From an uncultured Verrucomicrobiae bacterium (GTDB taxonomy: Bacteria; Verrucomicrobiota; Verrucomicrobiia; Limisphaerales; Palsa-1400): a DNA stretch of 64,000 bases. Of this stretch, positions 11,404 to 22,082 are shown piece by piece (position 1 is the first letter of the stretch; each line of letters starts with the position of its first letter). The stretch covers positions 4,096,001-4,160,000 of the forward strand of contig OY969763.1 of NCBI GenBank assembly GCA_963702845.1, read 5' to 3'. The translations under genes and the position numbers were made by a program. The notes below the pieces were generated by a model. It was given only the letters and a program-made list of their open reading frames with translations. It did no database searches and had not been told where the DNA came from.

Positions 11404-11428
11404 CCGCGTTTTTTGCAGACTGCCAAGA

Positions 11429-14327
11429 ATGCGCCCTCTATTTGTCCTTCTTTCACTTTCTTTGGCTGTCCAGGCCGCGAGCGTCGATGGGCCGCTCACC
11501 CCGGAGCAATCCATCGCCGCTTTCAAAACAGAACCCGGCCTGCGCGTCGAACTCGTCGCCGCTGAACCAACCGTCGTCGATCCCGTTGCCATGGCCTTCG
11601 ACGAAAAAGGCCTGCTCTACGTTGTCGAAGATCGCGGCTATCCACTCGGGCCCGGCAAAGGCCTACCCGGCGCAGGACAAGTCGTTTTGCTGGAGAGCAC
11701 CAAAGGCGACGGTCATTACGACAAACGCACCGTCTTCGTCGACAAACTCACCTTCCCGAACGGCGTCATGCCATGGAAAGGCGGCGTCTTCGTCACCTGC
11801 GCTCCGTATCTTTATTACTTCAAAGACACAAACAACGACGGCGTCGCCGACATCAAGCAAACCATCTTCAAAGGCTTTCAGGACCTCTCGACAACCCAAC
11901 TTGCGCGTCAGTCATCCAACGCTCAACATCGACAACTGGGTCTATCTCACCTCCGGCCTGACTGAGGCCAAGGTCCGCTCCGTCCAATTCCCAGAGCATC
12001 CCGAAGTCTTCACCAAACGCACAGACTTCCGCTTCCGTCCTGACCTCGACGAATTCGAAGCCACCGCCGGCACCGCCCAATTCGGCCAAACGTTCGATGC
12101 ATTCGGCCACAAATTCGTTTGCTCCAATCGCAATCACAATCAGGAGGTGATGATCCAGCTCCGTTACATGGAACGAAATCCGCATCTCGATGCCGAAATC
12201 GTCCAGGACACACCCGACCACGAACCCGCCGCGCGCGTCTTTGCAATCAGCCACAACATCACCACCGACGCATCGCACACCGGCTATTTCACTTCCGCAT
12301 GCGGCGTCACTGATTTACGACGGCGACGCGCTTGCCCAACAAAATATCGCGGCAATTCCTTCACCTGCGAACCGGCCGGCAACCTCATCCATCACGACGT
12401 CCTCGTTGAATCCAACGTCACCTTCTCCGCGAAACGCGCTTACGACGATCTGGAATTCTTCGCCTCGCCCGACAATTGGTGCCGCCCCGTCAACCTCGCC
12501 AACGGCCCCGATGGCGCGCTCTACATCTGCGACATGTATCGCAAAACCATCGAGCATCCGCAGTATCTGCCGAAAGAAACCGTCGCCATCACCGACTGGA
12601 AAAGCGGCCGCGACATGGGCCGCATCTATCGCGTCGTCGCCGCCGATTACAAAATCGAAACCCATCAAATTCGACCTGTCACAAAGCCAGCACGAAAGAA
12701 CTATGCGACCTCTTAGAAAACCCAAACATCTGGTGGCGAATGACCGCCCATCGTTTGCTGCTTGGAACGTCAGGACAAAACCGCCGCCGCCATCCTCGCG
12801 CGCTTGTACAAAACTTCGAAATCCCCCAAAACCCGCACCCAGGCCCTCTGGTGCCTCGACGGCATCGGCAGTTTGAAAGAGTCGACACATTCTGCTCGCG
12901 CTCAAAGACGCCGACCCGAACGTCCGCGAACAGGGTTTGTTATTGGCTGAGCCCCGGCTCAACGCCAATTCCGCATTGTTCGCGCCCATCTCTTGCTTTG
13001 GCCAACGATCCAGATGCGCGCGTCCGTTTCCAATGCGCGCTGACGATCGGCGCCGGTCGACGATCCGCAAGTCATACCGGCACTTACCAAAATCATGGAG
13101 AAGGCTTTTCGACAATCGTTGGACAGGCACAGCAATCCTGACTGCCGTTCATGATCGCGGCGATGACCTGCTTCATGCGTTGCTCGCGGATAAAAACAAT
13201 CCCGACTGCAAGCGCCATTCTCATCCGCCTCGCACGCCTCGTCGGCATCACCGAGAGCCCCGAAAAAATTACCTCGTTGCTCAACGAAATCAGTGCCTCA
13301 AGAGCAGACTCAGATTTCGCGTGGCAAACGAGTGTTCTCAACGGACTCACCGATGGCCTGAGCACACGTCCGTCTCAGCAACTCAAGTTGATGGACCTCG
13401 TAAAAAATCAGCCAGTTGCTCGTGAGCGCATCGAACAAGTTTTCAAACGCTCCGGCGAAATCGCCCTGGATGAAAAAGCAACCGACATCCCAACGCCTCG
13501 TTGCCATCGGTTTGCTCGCCCATTCGCGCTCTGCCGAAACTCGCGACGTTCTCGGAAAATTAATTATTCCTTCGCAACCGAGTGATATCCAAATCGCCGC
13601 CGTTCGTGCACTGGGCCGTTCCGCCACAGCCGACGCCATTCGTGAACTCATCGCCAAAGATCGCTGGAACAGCTACACTCCCAGCGTTCGCGACGCCGTC
13701 GTTGCGCTCACGTTTCCAAACTCCGAATTAGTCACGATCCTCTTCGACGCAATCAACAAACAAGAAATCCCCGCGTGGAGCGTTTCTCCCGCCCATCGCG
13801 ACAAGTTCATCAATCACTACAACGACCCGGCCATTTCCAAACGCGCCGTCGAGTTGTTCCGAGGCCTGCGCACGAATGACCGGACGAAAGTCTACGAAGA
13901 TTGGAAATCCGTCCTGACCCTCACCGGCAATTCGAAGAACGGCCACGCCACCTTCACCAAAACCTGTTCGCCCTGCCACAAGGTCGAAGGCGAAGGAAAA
14001 GTCGTCGGCCCCGACCTGACCGGCATCCGCAATCAGCCCAAGCAAACGTTGCTCTTGCACATCATCATTCCCGAATACGAAATCATGCCCACCTACACCC
14101 TCTACAACGTCGAAACCAAAGACGGCGAGAGCTACAGCGGCTTGCTGGCATCGGATTCCACCGGAAGCATCACCTTGCGCCAGGCCGCCGGCGTGGAACA
14201 AAAAGTCCCTCGCGCCAACATCGCCACCATGAGCTCCAGTCGCTTATCCTTGATGCCACAGGAGTTAGAGAAGACGATGTCTCGTCAGGACATGGCCGAT
14301 TTGCTGGCCTTCTTAAAGGGCGAATAA
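11429..14327 (+). pseudogene. PVC-type heme-binding CxxCH / putative membrane-bound dehydrogenase with many frameshifts (probably intact in vivo)
   Basis: ELVAAEP.VVDPVAMAFDE, RPVNLANGPDGALYICDMYR, HEAT-like repeats, CSPCH heme motif, VGPDLTG and SLMPQELEK...ADLLAFL are spread over ORFs 10877, 11442, 12476, 12762, 12937, 13151 and 13416. Confidence 0.85.
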
Positions 14328-14395
14328 GTCAGCCTACAACTGAAGTGCGCTCCTTGACGGACTGCACTTCTGGACACAATATTCCTGCTCTTAAA

Positions 14396-15622
14396 ATGAT
14401 TAACCTGGACGCTCTTTACGGATCACTGACGATCAAAACCAACGCGAAACTCGCCCTCATCGTTCTCGATGGGCTCGGCGACATCGCTTTGCCATCGCAA
14501 AATTATTTAACGCCGCTCGAAGCCGCCGCGACGCCGAACCTCGACAAGCTCGCCAAACAATCGGCTCAGGGCCGTTTAATTCCAGTAGCACCCGGCATCA
14601 CCCCCGGCAGCGGCCCCGGTCACCTCGGCTTGTTCGGATACGACCCGCTTGAATTCCAAGTCGGCCGCGGCGTCATCGAAGCGCTCGGCTTGGGTCTAGA
14701 GCTGAAAGCCGGCGACGTCGCCGCGCGCGCGAACTTCTGCAGTCTCAACGACAAGAAAATCGTCACTGACCGTCGCGCTGGCCGTATCGCCACTGAAGTC
14801 ACGCAAGACCTCTGCGCGTTGCTTTCGAAGCGCATCAAAAAAATCGGCGACACCGAAGTCATCATCAAACCCGGCAAAGGCCATCGCTTCGTTGTCGTGT
14901 TCCGCGGCAAAGGTTTGGAAGGCCCACTCACCGACGCTGATCCGAATCGCGAAGGTTTGCCGATTCCAACCTCGAAGCCGACGAATCCAAAGTCCGCGAA
15001 GCAAAAGAAAGCCGCGAAACTAATCGCCGACTTTTACAAGCAAGCCTTGCCGATTCTCGCGTCCAAACATCCCGCCAATGCATTCCTGATGCGCGGCATT
15101 GCCCATCAGCCGGAAATCCCGTGCTTTGATGAACGCTACCAATTGCGCGCCGCGTGTCTCGCCGTTTATCCGATGTATAAAGGCCTCGCGCAGCTCGTCG
15201 GCATGAAGAAATTGGAAGGCATCGAGACGATTGCCGACCAATTCAAGCGTTACGTCGCTGAATACAACAACTACGATTATTTCTTCATCCACTACAAATA
15301 CACCGACATGCACGGTGAAGATGGAAACTTCGAAGCGAAGAAAAAAGCGATCGAAGATTTCGACGCTGCATTGCCGATTTTCCTCGCGAAGCGTCCTGAC
15401 GTGATCGCAATTACTGGCGACCATTCCACTCCGTGTGCCGTGAAAGGCCACTCGTGGCACCCGCAGCCGGTATTGTTGAACTCTGCCATTTCCGGCACTG
15501 ACAAACTCGACCGCTTCACCGAAACCGGCGCGAACATCGGTTCGCTCGGCGTTTTCGAATCGAAATACCTGATTCGTTTAATGCAGGCGAACGCGAAGAT
15601 GTTCGATAAGTTCGGCGCTTAA
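14396..15622 (+). CDS. apgM: 2,3-bisphosphoglycerate-independent phosphoglycerate mutase (ApgM type)
   Basis: IVLDGLGD, TPLEAAATPNLD, PGSGPGHLGLFGYDP and TGDHSTP motifs; start is ATG 14396, not the ORF-track start. Confidence 0.92.
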   Translation: MINLDALYGSLTIKTNAKLALIVLDGLGDIALPSQNYLTPLEAAATPNLDKLAKQSAQGRLIPVAPGITPGSGPGHLGLFGYDPLEFQVGRGVIEALGLGLELKAGDVAARANFCSLNDKKIVTDRRAGRIATEVTQDLCALLSKRIKKIGDTEVIIKPGKGHRFVVVFRGKGLEGPLTDADPNREGLPIPTSKPTNPKSAKQKKAAKLIADFYKQALPILASKHPANAFLMRGIAHQPEIPCFDERYQLRAACLAVYPMYKGLAQLVGMKKLEGIETIADQFKRYVAEYNNYDYFFIHYKYTDMHGEDGNFEAKKKAIEDFDAALPIFLAKRPDVIAITGDHSTPCAVKGHSWHPQPVLLNSAISGTDKLDRFTETGANIGSLGVFESKYLIRLMQANAKMFDKFGA

Positions 15623-15676
15623 CATTGTGGCCTCCGCACAGCGGCGGCTATGAAACAAACGGTTCTTTCACTTACT

Positions 15677-15710
15677 CGAGCGGTTAGATAAACTCACCGC
15701 TCGTTTTTTT
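15677..15710 (+). terminator. Intrinsic terminator between apgM and the transketolase-like gene
   Basis: CGAGCGGT...ACCGCTCG followed by T7. Confidence 0.7.
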
Positions 15711-15722
15711 AACTGGAATTTT

Positions 15723-17801
15723 ATGTCGGAAGATAAATCTGTTGTTAAACCGGTCCAGGCACCGCCATTGGCACCTTTAAACCTAAAATCGAAGCTCGCG
15801 GGCACTCCGACGAGCGCCCCGAAATTTACCGTTACGGTCAAAAACTCGGCCGGGCAAAACGTCGTCGTCGCCGATCCTCGTGCGACCCGCGCGCTCGTTG
15901 CGTTAATGGACACATGCGCCGTTAATGGTGGCGCTGCCTGCCACTGGGGCGGCCCGGCGGCATTCGCGGAAATCAATGCCGCGATTCATGCCGTGATGTT
16001 CTCGGTGAAAGACCGTCCCTGGCATGAAGCTTACAATTTCGTCAACGACGCCGGCCACGCTGAGAACGGCATTTACGCTCTACGCGCCAACTACGGTTTC
16101 GACAATATGACCTTTGCGGACCTGAAAGGTTTCCGTGGCATCCAGAGCAAGCTCACTGGTCACGGCGAAGCGCATTTGAACCCTGAAGGCGTGCTGCTCA
16201 GCAACGGCCCGCTCAGCTCGGCTGTAGCGCAATCGCAAGGCCTCGCGATGGCCGACAAGGTCCGCAAGAACGACCGCGTCACCATTTGCGTGATGTCCGA
16301 CGGCGCGTCGATGGAAGGCGAAGCAAAAGAAACCTTCGCGGCCATTCCCGGTTTCGCGATTAAAGATCGCGTCAATCCGTTCGTCCTCGTCATTTCCGAC
16401 AACGACACCAAGCTCAGTGGCCGGATTAGTAAGGACGCTTTTTCAATGCAACCGACGTTCGATGCGATGTCTGTGCTCGGATGGAACGTCATTAAAGTGC
16501 CGAACGGCAACGATATCCAGGCGGTGTACCAAGCCGTCGAGAATGGCGTCGAACAAGCGCGCAAGAATCCGAAGGCGCCCGTGTTGATTTGGGCCAAGAC
16601 CATCAAGGGCTATGGCATCAAAGCCACCATGGACAGTGCTTCCGGTGGTCATGGCTTCCCGCTTCCGAACGGTGAAAAGATCATCGATTTCGTGAATGAA
16701 ATTTACGGTGGCGGCGCAAATGTGCCGACTGCACTCGCCGAATGGGCGAATTCCTTGCGTTGCGATTGGGAGCAGAAGGACGCGGCCAAGAAAGCCAAAG
16801 CGGCCGCCGCTGGTCCGACTCCCGCGCCTGCAATCAAGACCGACAAGATCCAGGCCGGCCTCGGCAAAGCAGCCGTGCGCGCGGCGCAGGATGGTTATCC
16901 GGTCTATTCCATTTCATCCGACGTCGAAGGTTCAACCGGTATGGCCTTCTTCCAAAAGACCTTTCCGGAGCGTTTCGTCGAAGTCGGGGTTGCTGAAGCA
17001 AATATGATCAGCACCGGCGCTGGTTTCGCGAAGGTTGGTTTTATCCCGATCGTCGATACCTTCGGCCAGTTCGGCGTGACCAAAGGCAACCTGCCGCTGA
17101 CGATGGCCGCACTTTCGCAGGCGCCCGTTATCTCGGTATTTTCACACGTTGGTTTCCAGGATGCAGCCGACGGTGCATCGCACGAAGCAACCACATACCT
17201 CGCAGCAACCAGCGCGATTCCGCACACAGTCGTCATTTCCTGTTCGTGCTCTGACGAAGCCGAATCGTTCATGTATCAAGCCATCAAAGGTATCGCTGAC
17301 GCGCGCAAGGCTGGCAAAGATGGCGAGTCGGTTGTCTTTTTCGTCGGCCGCGAAAACTATCCGCTGCAATGGGTCGAAAACGCGCAATATCCGTGGGGTA
17401 AAGCCCAAGTGCTCGCGACCGGTAAAGATGTCGTGTTGATTGGTTGCGGTCCCCTGCTCGGTCGCACCATCGAAGCCGGCAAGCAACTCGCCGCGCAAGG
17501 AATCAGCGCAACGGTCATTAACAATCCGTTCATCAACCGCGTCGATCTCGACACGATTGCTCCGCTAGTGAAAGCCGCCAACGGTCGCGTGGTCACGATT
17601 GAAGATCACCAATTGATTTGCGGCATGGGTGCCCAGGTTTCTCATGCGCTCGCGCAAAATGGCGTCGCACACCAGATGAAATCGCTCGGCATCAAAGGCG
17701 AGTTCGGCCAATCGGCTTACGTCGCAGAATATCTCTACGAGAGGCACGGCTTGACCGCGGCGAAGTTGGTCGAAGCAGCCAAATCGCTCGTCGGTCGCTA
17801 A
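15723..17801 (+). CDS. Transketolase-family ThDP-dependent enzyme
   Basis: SDGASMEG...ISDN ThDP-binding motif, EVGVAEANM, DGASH and VVTIEDH C-terminal domain. Confidence 0.85.
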   Translation: MSEDKSVVKPVQAPPLAPLNLKSKLAGTPTSAPKFTVTVKNSAGQNVVVADPRATRALVALMDTCAVNGGAACHWGGPAAFAEINAAIHAVMFSVKDRPWHEAYNFVNDAGHAENGIYALRANYGFDNMTFADLKGFRGIQSKLTGHGEAHLNPEGVLLSNGPLSSAVAQSQGLAMADKVRKNDRVTICVMSDGASMEGEAKETFAAIPGFAIKDRVNPFVLVISDNDTKLSGRISKDAFSMQPTFDAMSVLGWNVIKVPNGNDIQAVYQAVENGVEQARKNPKAPVLIWAKTIKGYGIKATMDSASGGHGFPLPNGEKIIDFVNEIYGGGANVPTALAEWANSLRCDWEQKDAAKKAKAAAAGPTPAPAIKTDKIQAGLGKAAVRAAQDGYPVYSISSDVEGSTGMAFFQKTFPERFVEVGVAEANMISTGAGFAKVGFIPIVDTFGQFGVTKGNLPLTMAALSQAPVISVFSHVGFQDAADGASHEATTYLAATSAIPHTVVISCSCSDEAESFMYQAIKGIADARKAGKDGESVVFFVGRENYPLQWVENAQYPWGKAQVLATGKDVVLIGCGPLLGRTIEAGKQLAAQGISATVINNPFINRVDLDTIAPLVKAANGRVVTIEDHQLICGMGAQVSHALAQNGVAHQMKSLGIKGEFGQSAYVAEYLYERHGLTAAKLVEAAKSLVGR

Positions 17802-17812
17802 ACGAATTTAGA

Positions 17813-17860
17813 AAAACAAAAACGTTACAAGGATCAAACCTTGTAACGTTTTTTTGTTTT
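17813..17860. terminator. Bidirectional terminator between convergent genes
   Basis: AAAACAAAAACGTTACAAGG-atcaaa-CCTTGTAACGTTTTTTTGTTTT. Confidence 0.85.
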
Positions 17861-17875
17861 AAAAAATCTCAGCTC

Positions 17876-18604
17876 TTAATCGACGAATGCGACTTCCATG
17901 TCGCGCGTGTAGTAGAGGATGCGACCGCAGTTTGGACAGGTGACAAGTTCTTTGGCCTGCTGGCAGGCGAGCATCACTTGCACCGGAAATTTCATATGGC
18001 AACCACCACAGACGCCATGTTGAATACCCACCACCACGTTCTCGCCCTTTTGCTTCATCAAGCGTGAGTATCGACTCAAAGTGGTCTCTTCCACGCCTGA
18101 CGTGAGTTGATCGCGGCTGGCTTCGAGCTCTCCCAATTCTTTCTGCAAATTCTGCTCGCGATCGGCCAGCTGTTTCATCTGGCCTTCGCTCAGCTTCTTC
18201 GCGTCGTCCGCGTCTTTTTGGGCCACGGCCGCTTGTTTTTGCGCGACTTCCATTTGCTCCATCAACTCAATCTGCTGATCTTCGAGTTTGACGATGACTT
18301 CTTTGGCCATTTCGATTTCGTGACCGAGGGCCCGATATTCTTCGTTCTTCTTGGTTTGAAATTGTTGGAGCGAATACTTTTCGATCTGCCCTTTTTTGGC
18401 TTCGGCATCGAGTTCGAGCTTTTTGCGGTCGGTCTCGATTTGCTTCAGCTTGAGTTTGGCGGCATCGAGAGCGGCCTGTGTGCCTGAGGTTTTTCCCTGC
18501 AACATGTGTCGCTCTGGTTCAATTCGCGCCAACTCGGTTTTTACCCCAAAGATCCGACGGTCGCGGTCCTGCAGTATGAGAAGTTTTTCAATTTGGTCAG
18601 TCAT
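17876..18604 (-). CDS. Coiled-coil protein with C4-type zinc ribbon (DUF164/CT398-like)
   Basis: Long coiled coil, KKNEEYRAL, CGGCHM and CPNCGRILY. Confidence 0.9.
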   Translation of the reverse strand: MTDQIEKLLILQDRDRRIFGVKTELARIEPERHMLQGKTSGTQAALDAAKLKLKQIETDRKKLELDAEAKKGQIEKYSLQQFQTKKNEEYRALGHEIEMAKEVIVKLEDQQIELMEQMEVAQKQAAVAQKDADDAKKLSEGQMKQLADREQNLQKELGELEASRDQLTSGVEETTLSRYSRLMKQKGENVVVGIQHGVCGGCHMKFPVQVMLACQQAKELVTCPNCGRILYYTRDMEVAFVD

Positions 18605-18814
18605 GAGAGTGCCGCTTCTAGTGGAATAGACGGTAATCAGCTCGTTCCGGCAAGTCAATGAAGACCGTCGTGTTAGCCGATTACTGCCTGTCCAGTTATG
18701 TGCTACGTTGCAAGACGTTGTGTATTGCTGTTAAAAAGCAGGTTCACCAGACAACGATTATTGAACGTTTTGTGTCAATGTCATCTCGAACCACAAAGAA
18801 GAATATCGGAATTT

Positions 18815-20350
18815 ATGAATCGAATTAGAAATCTAGCTCTGTCCGCAATTGTAACCGCCGGCTTGGTCGGCAGCGGGGCGGTTGCTTTCGCGAAAGACTC
18901 CTCAGCGCTCGAATTGGCGAGGCAACTTAACGAGGCCTTCGTCGAGGTTGCTGACAAAGTGTCTCCTGCCGTCGTTGTTATTACCGTGACCGAGAAAGCG
19001 AATTATCACGGCAGCAACATGGAAGATAACGGTGATGAAAATGGTTCGCCCTGGGACATGCTCCCGCCGGAATTGCGCCGCTATTTTGAAGAATGGGGCA
19101 ATCGCGGGAACCGCGGTGACAATGGCAATCGTGGTAATCGCCGCCCACAACGCGCGCCTCAAATGCAGGGTGAAGGTTCGGGAATCGTTATCAGTGAAGA
19201 TGGCTACATCCTGACGAACAATCACGTCGTTGAAGGTGCGGATAAAATCCACGTCCGGTTCAAAAACGGAGAGGAATACGACGCGACCGTTAAAGGCACC
19301 GATCGTGAGTCAGACGTCGCCGTGATTAAGATTAAACCCAAGAGCCACCTGCTGCCGGCCAAACTTGGCGATTCGGATAAGACACGCGTAGGTGAATTCG
19401 CCATTGCGATCGGTGCGCCGTTCCAATTGACCTACAGCGTCACCGTCGGCCACATCAGCGGCAAAGGTCGCTCGGTCGGCCCGATGACTCCGAACGGTTA
19501 TGCTGACCAGGACTTTATACAGACCGACGCGAGCATCAACCCGGGCAACAGCGGTGGTCCTCTGATCAATCTTTACGGCGAAGTCATTGGCATCAACGCG
19601 ATGATTCGCGGTATGAACACCGGTATCGGTTTTGCGATTCCGATTAACCTCGCCAAGCGCGTCACCGACCACTTGATCAGCGAAGGAAAATTCGTTCGCT
19701 CATGGCTTGGTGTGGGAATTCAGGATTTGAAGGATGATGCTGACTTGCGCGATCTCGATCCCAAGCTGCGCCCTGACGTCGATGAAGGTGTCGTGATCAA
19801 GACGATCCAATCGAATGGTCCGGCAAAGAAATCGACCCTGCAAGCCGGTGATGTGGTTGTTGCGATCGATGGCAAAAAAGTCACCACCCCACGACAACTC
19901 CAGGAAGAAGTCTCGGGCAAGAAACCCGGCCAGACCATCACACTGGCCGTGGTGCGCAATCACAACCAGCACGTGCCGGTGAAGGTTAAGACCGAAGCAT
20001 TGCCGTCGGACTTGACCAAAAACGATCGTTCGAATCAGAACGACGGTAATAGCGATGAACCGACCAGCTTTGGCTTAAGTGTTGAGAACCTGAACAAGGA
20101 CAACACCTCGAAATATGATATCGAAGCGAATCAACAGGGCGTCCTGATTACCGCGGTTGAGCCTGGGTCAGTCGCGGAAGAATCTGGATTGAAAGCGGGC
20201 GACGTCATCACCGACGTCAATCGCAAACCGGTCACCAGTCTCCGTGAGTTCCGCGATGCAACAAAAGGGATCAACGCAAAAAGTGGCGCGATTTTCAACG
20301 TGATCAGCAATGGCACGAGTAAATTTTTAGTGCTGAAGGATCGGGAGTAA
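18815..20350 (+). CDS. HtrA/DegP-family serine protease with two PDZ domains
   Basis: GSGIV, TNNHVV and IQTDASINPGNSGGPL motifs; signal peptide. Confidence 0.95.
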   Translation: MNRIRNLALSAIVTAGLVGSGAVAFAKDSSALELARQLNEAFVEVADKVSPAVVVITVTEKANYHGSNMEDNGDENGSPWDMLPPELRRYFEEWGNRGNRGDNGNRGNRRPQRAPQMQGEGSGIVISEDGYILTNNHVVEGADKIHVRFKNGEEYDATVKGTDRESDVAVIKIKPKSHLLPAKLGDSDKTRVGEFAIAIGAPFQLTYSVTVGHISGKGRSVGPMTPNGYADQDFIQTDASINPGNSGGPLINLYGEVIGINAMIRGMNTGIGFAIPINLAKRVTDHLISEGKFVRSWLGVGIQDLKDDADLRDLDPKLRPDVDEGVVIKTIQSNGPAKKSTLQAGDVVVAIDGKKVTTPRQLQEEVSGKKPGQTITLAVVRNHNQHVPVKVKTEALPSDLTKNDRSNQNDGNSDEPTSFGLSVENLNKDNTSKYDIEANQQGVLITAVEPGSVAEESGLKAGDVITDVNRKPVTSLREFRDATKGINAKSGAIFNVISNGTSKFLVLKDRE

Positions 20351-20382
20351 TTGGTGAGTTAGTTAGTTCTGTCTGTGGTTTG

Positions 20383-20423
20383 GCAGCGGCCGGTCGTGAG
20401 TGCGACTTGGCCGCTGTTTTTTT
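20383..20423 (+). terminator. Intrinsic terminator after htrA
   Basis: GCAGCGGCCGGTCGT-gagt-GCGACTTGGCCGCTGT followed by a T run. Confidence 0.8.
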
Positions 20424-20426
20424 ACG

Positions 20427-20501
20427 GAGCCGCGCACGTCAGCAAGCGGTTTTGAAGATTGGATGTCGCCGGTAGTAACCGCTTGCTGACGCGCGCGGCT
20501 C
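20427..20501. repeat. REP-like 25-bp inverted repeat
   Basis: GAGCCGCGCACGTCAGCAAGCGGTT ... AACCGCTTGCTGACGCGCGCGGCTC, one mismatch. Confidence 0.85.
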
Positions 20502-20517
20502 TGTTACAGCGGCTCTT

Positions 20518-21507
20518 TTAGATCACTTCACGCTTGCGGTCACGCCGTTCCCAATACCAGGCAATCCAAACACTGATTTCGTAGAGAACCTGCAGGATGA
20601 TGCACATGACGATCTGCGTATAAACTTCAGGAGTCGTCAGCAACGCGCCGAGGATCAAATTGGCGACGATCATATAGCGACGCATCGCGGCAAGTTTCGC
20701 ATAATTCAGGAACCCAATTTTTACCAACGCCAACAAAACGACAGGCAACTCGAACCCAATGCCCATGCCAAAGAGGAATTTAACTTCAAAACTGATAAAG
20801 GTTTCCGCCTGCCAGCTCGGCACTTGAATCCCCATCCAATTCGCAAACTGCTCAGCGAACTTGAGCGCTTTGGGCATGATCCAAAAATAGCCCAGACATA
20901 TTCCAGACAGGAACAAAAGAAGGCCGACAGCAAATGCGCGCAGGAAATATTTCTTCTCCTTGATCTTGAGAGCAGGCATCACGAACTGACCGACGAAGTA
21001 AAAGACAAAGGGACAGGCTAGGATCAGCCCGCCAAAGAACCCGACGTGCAATGCCAGCATGAACGCCGCTGCTGGATCAAGAATGATCAAGCCGGGGCCA
21101 GAGCCAAGGGTGGCCGAGTTGGTGACCAGCTGAACGGAAAGTACCTGCTGTGTCCCTATCAGGACCGGGACGAGATTGATAACGACGTTCGCGTGATTGC
21201 TCAGATCAAGAGATCCAAAATTATTCGTACTCGGATCGAAGCTGCCGATCGTATTCCCAGCCAGTTTGACTCTGATGGGTTGATTGGGGCCCATCTGTAG
21301 TTGTGCAGAGCGCTCAAGCGGCCATTTGAGAATGGCCATGATTTGCGGGGCCGCAAAGAGGCACACAATCAAACCAAGCAGCAAGGCTGCACCAGCTTTG
21401 ACGAGCATCCATCGAAGATCTTCGAGATGCTCTAAGAAGGTCTTTATCGCTCCGCCAGCTACTTCCTGTTCGTCAGGATCTATTACCTCGGGGGTGTCGT
21501 CAGCCAT
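20518..21507 (-). CDS. tatC: Twin-arginine translocase subunit TatC
   Basis: TFLEHLEDLR, FVMPAL, FELPV and TTPE motifs; multiple TM helices. Confidence 0.93.
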   Translation of the reverse strand: MADDTPEVIDPDEQEVAGGAIKTFLEHLEDLRWMLVKAGAALLLGLIVCLFAAPQIMAILKWPLERSAQLQMGPNQPIRVKLAGNTIGSFDPSTNNFGSLDLSNHANVVINLVPVLIGTQQVLSVQLVTNSATLGSGPGLIILDPAAAFMLALHVGFFGGLILACPFVFYFVGQFVMPALKIKEKKYFLRAFAVGLLLFLSGICLGYFWIMPKALKFAEQFANWMGIQVPSWQAETFISFEVKFLFGMGIGFELPVVLLALVKIGFLNYAKLAAMRRYMIVANLILGALLTTPEVYTQIVMCIILQVLYEISVWIAWYWERRDRKREVI

Positions 21508-21532
21508 GACCTGGGGTTATCAGTGCAAACCG

Positions 21533-21841
21533 TCAGGTCTTGGGGACGGTGGAAGGCGGAGTGTTCTGCGCGGTTTCCTGCGGAGCAACGTTTGGGCTGG
21601 GAGTTTGATGCTCGATCTGGGGCGTCGCAGGAGGCGTCGGCTTGGAGTAATGGGAGTCGTCCATGGCGTTTTGGAATTCCTGGGTCACTTCGTTCGAAGC
21701 TTTCTTGAATTCTTTGATGCCCTGGCCGAGGCCTTTGGCGAATTCTGGAATTCTTTTCGCGCCGAAAAGAACAAGAATTGCAACCAAGACGATGATCAAC
21801 TCGCCGCCGCTCAAACCTAATACTGCTAAACTCGCGTTCAT
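21533..21841 (-). CDS. tatA: TatA/E family subunit with a Pro-rich tail
   Basis: [37 protein letters not shown]. Confidence 0.92.
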   Translation of the reverse strand: MNASLAVLGLSGGELIIVLVAILVLFGAKRIPEFAKGLGQGIKEFKKASNEVTQEFQNAMDDSHYSKPTPPATPQIEHQTPSPNVAPQETAQNTPPSTVPKT

Positions 21842-21872
21842 GATTTAAATGTCGAAGAGAAATCTGTGCAAA

Positions 21873-22082
21873 TCAAGCTACCGGAGTGGTGGGTTTGCTC
21901 ACCACGGACTTCTTATCAGCGGTATCTTCGCCGTTGGAAGCCTTCTTGAATTCCTTGATGCCTTGGCCGAGACCTTTGGCGAATTCCGGAATCTTGCGGG
22001 CACCAAATAGCACCAAAACTGCCACCACGACGATGACTAATTCTCCACCGCTCATTCCCAACACTGCGAGCATTGTTTGCAT
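21873..22082 (-). CDS. tatA: TatA/E family subunit (short paralog)
   Basis: [37 protein letters not shown]; start ATG 22082. Confidence 0.9.
   Translation of the reverse strand: MQTMLAVLGMSGGELVIVVVAVLVLFGARKIPEFAKGLGQGIKEFKKASNGEDTADKKSVVSKPTTPVA

Noticed and set aside
10877..11428. N-terminal 184 aa of ORF 10877-11965
   Set aside because: Read-through of repeat-rich intergenic DNA; a good signal peptide starts at ATG 11429.
11429..14327. Programmed frameshifting or recoding
   Set aside because: Too many shifts at heterogeneous sites with no shared slippery motif; sequencing error is more parsimonious.
13901..14395. Arg-rich N-terminal extension of ApgM
   Set aside because: Shadow frame of the upstream CxxCH gene; ApgM homology starts at ATG 14396.
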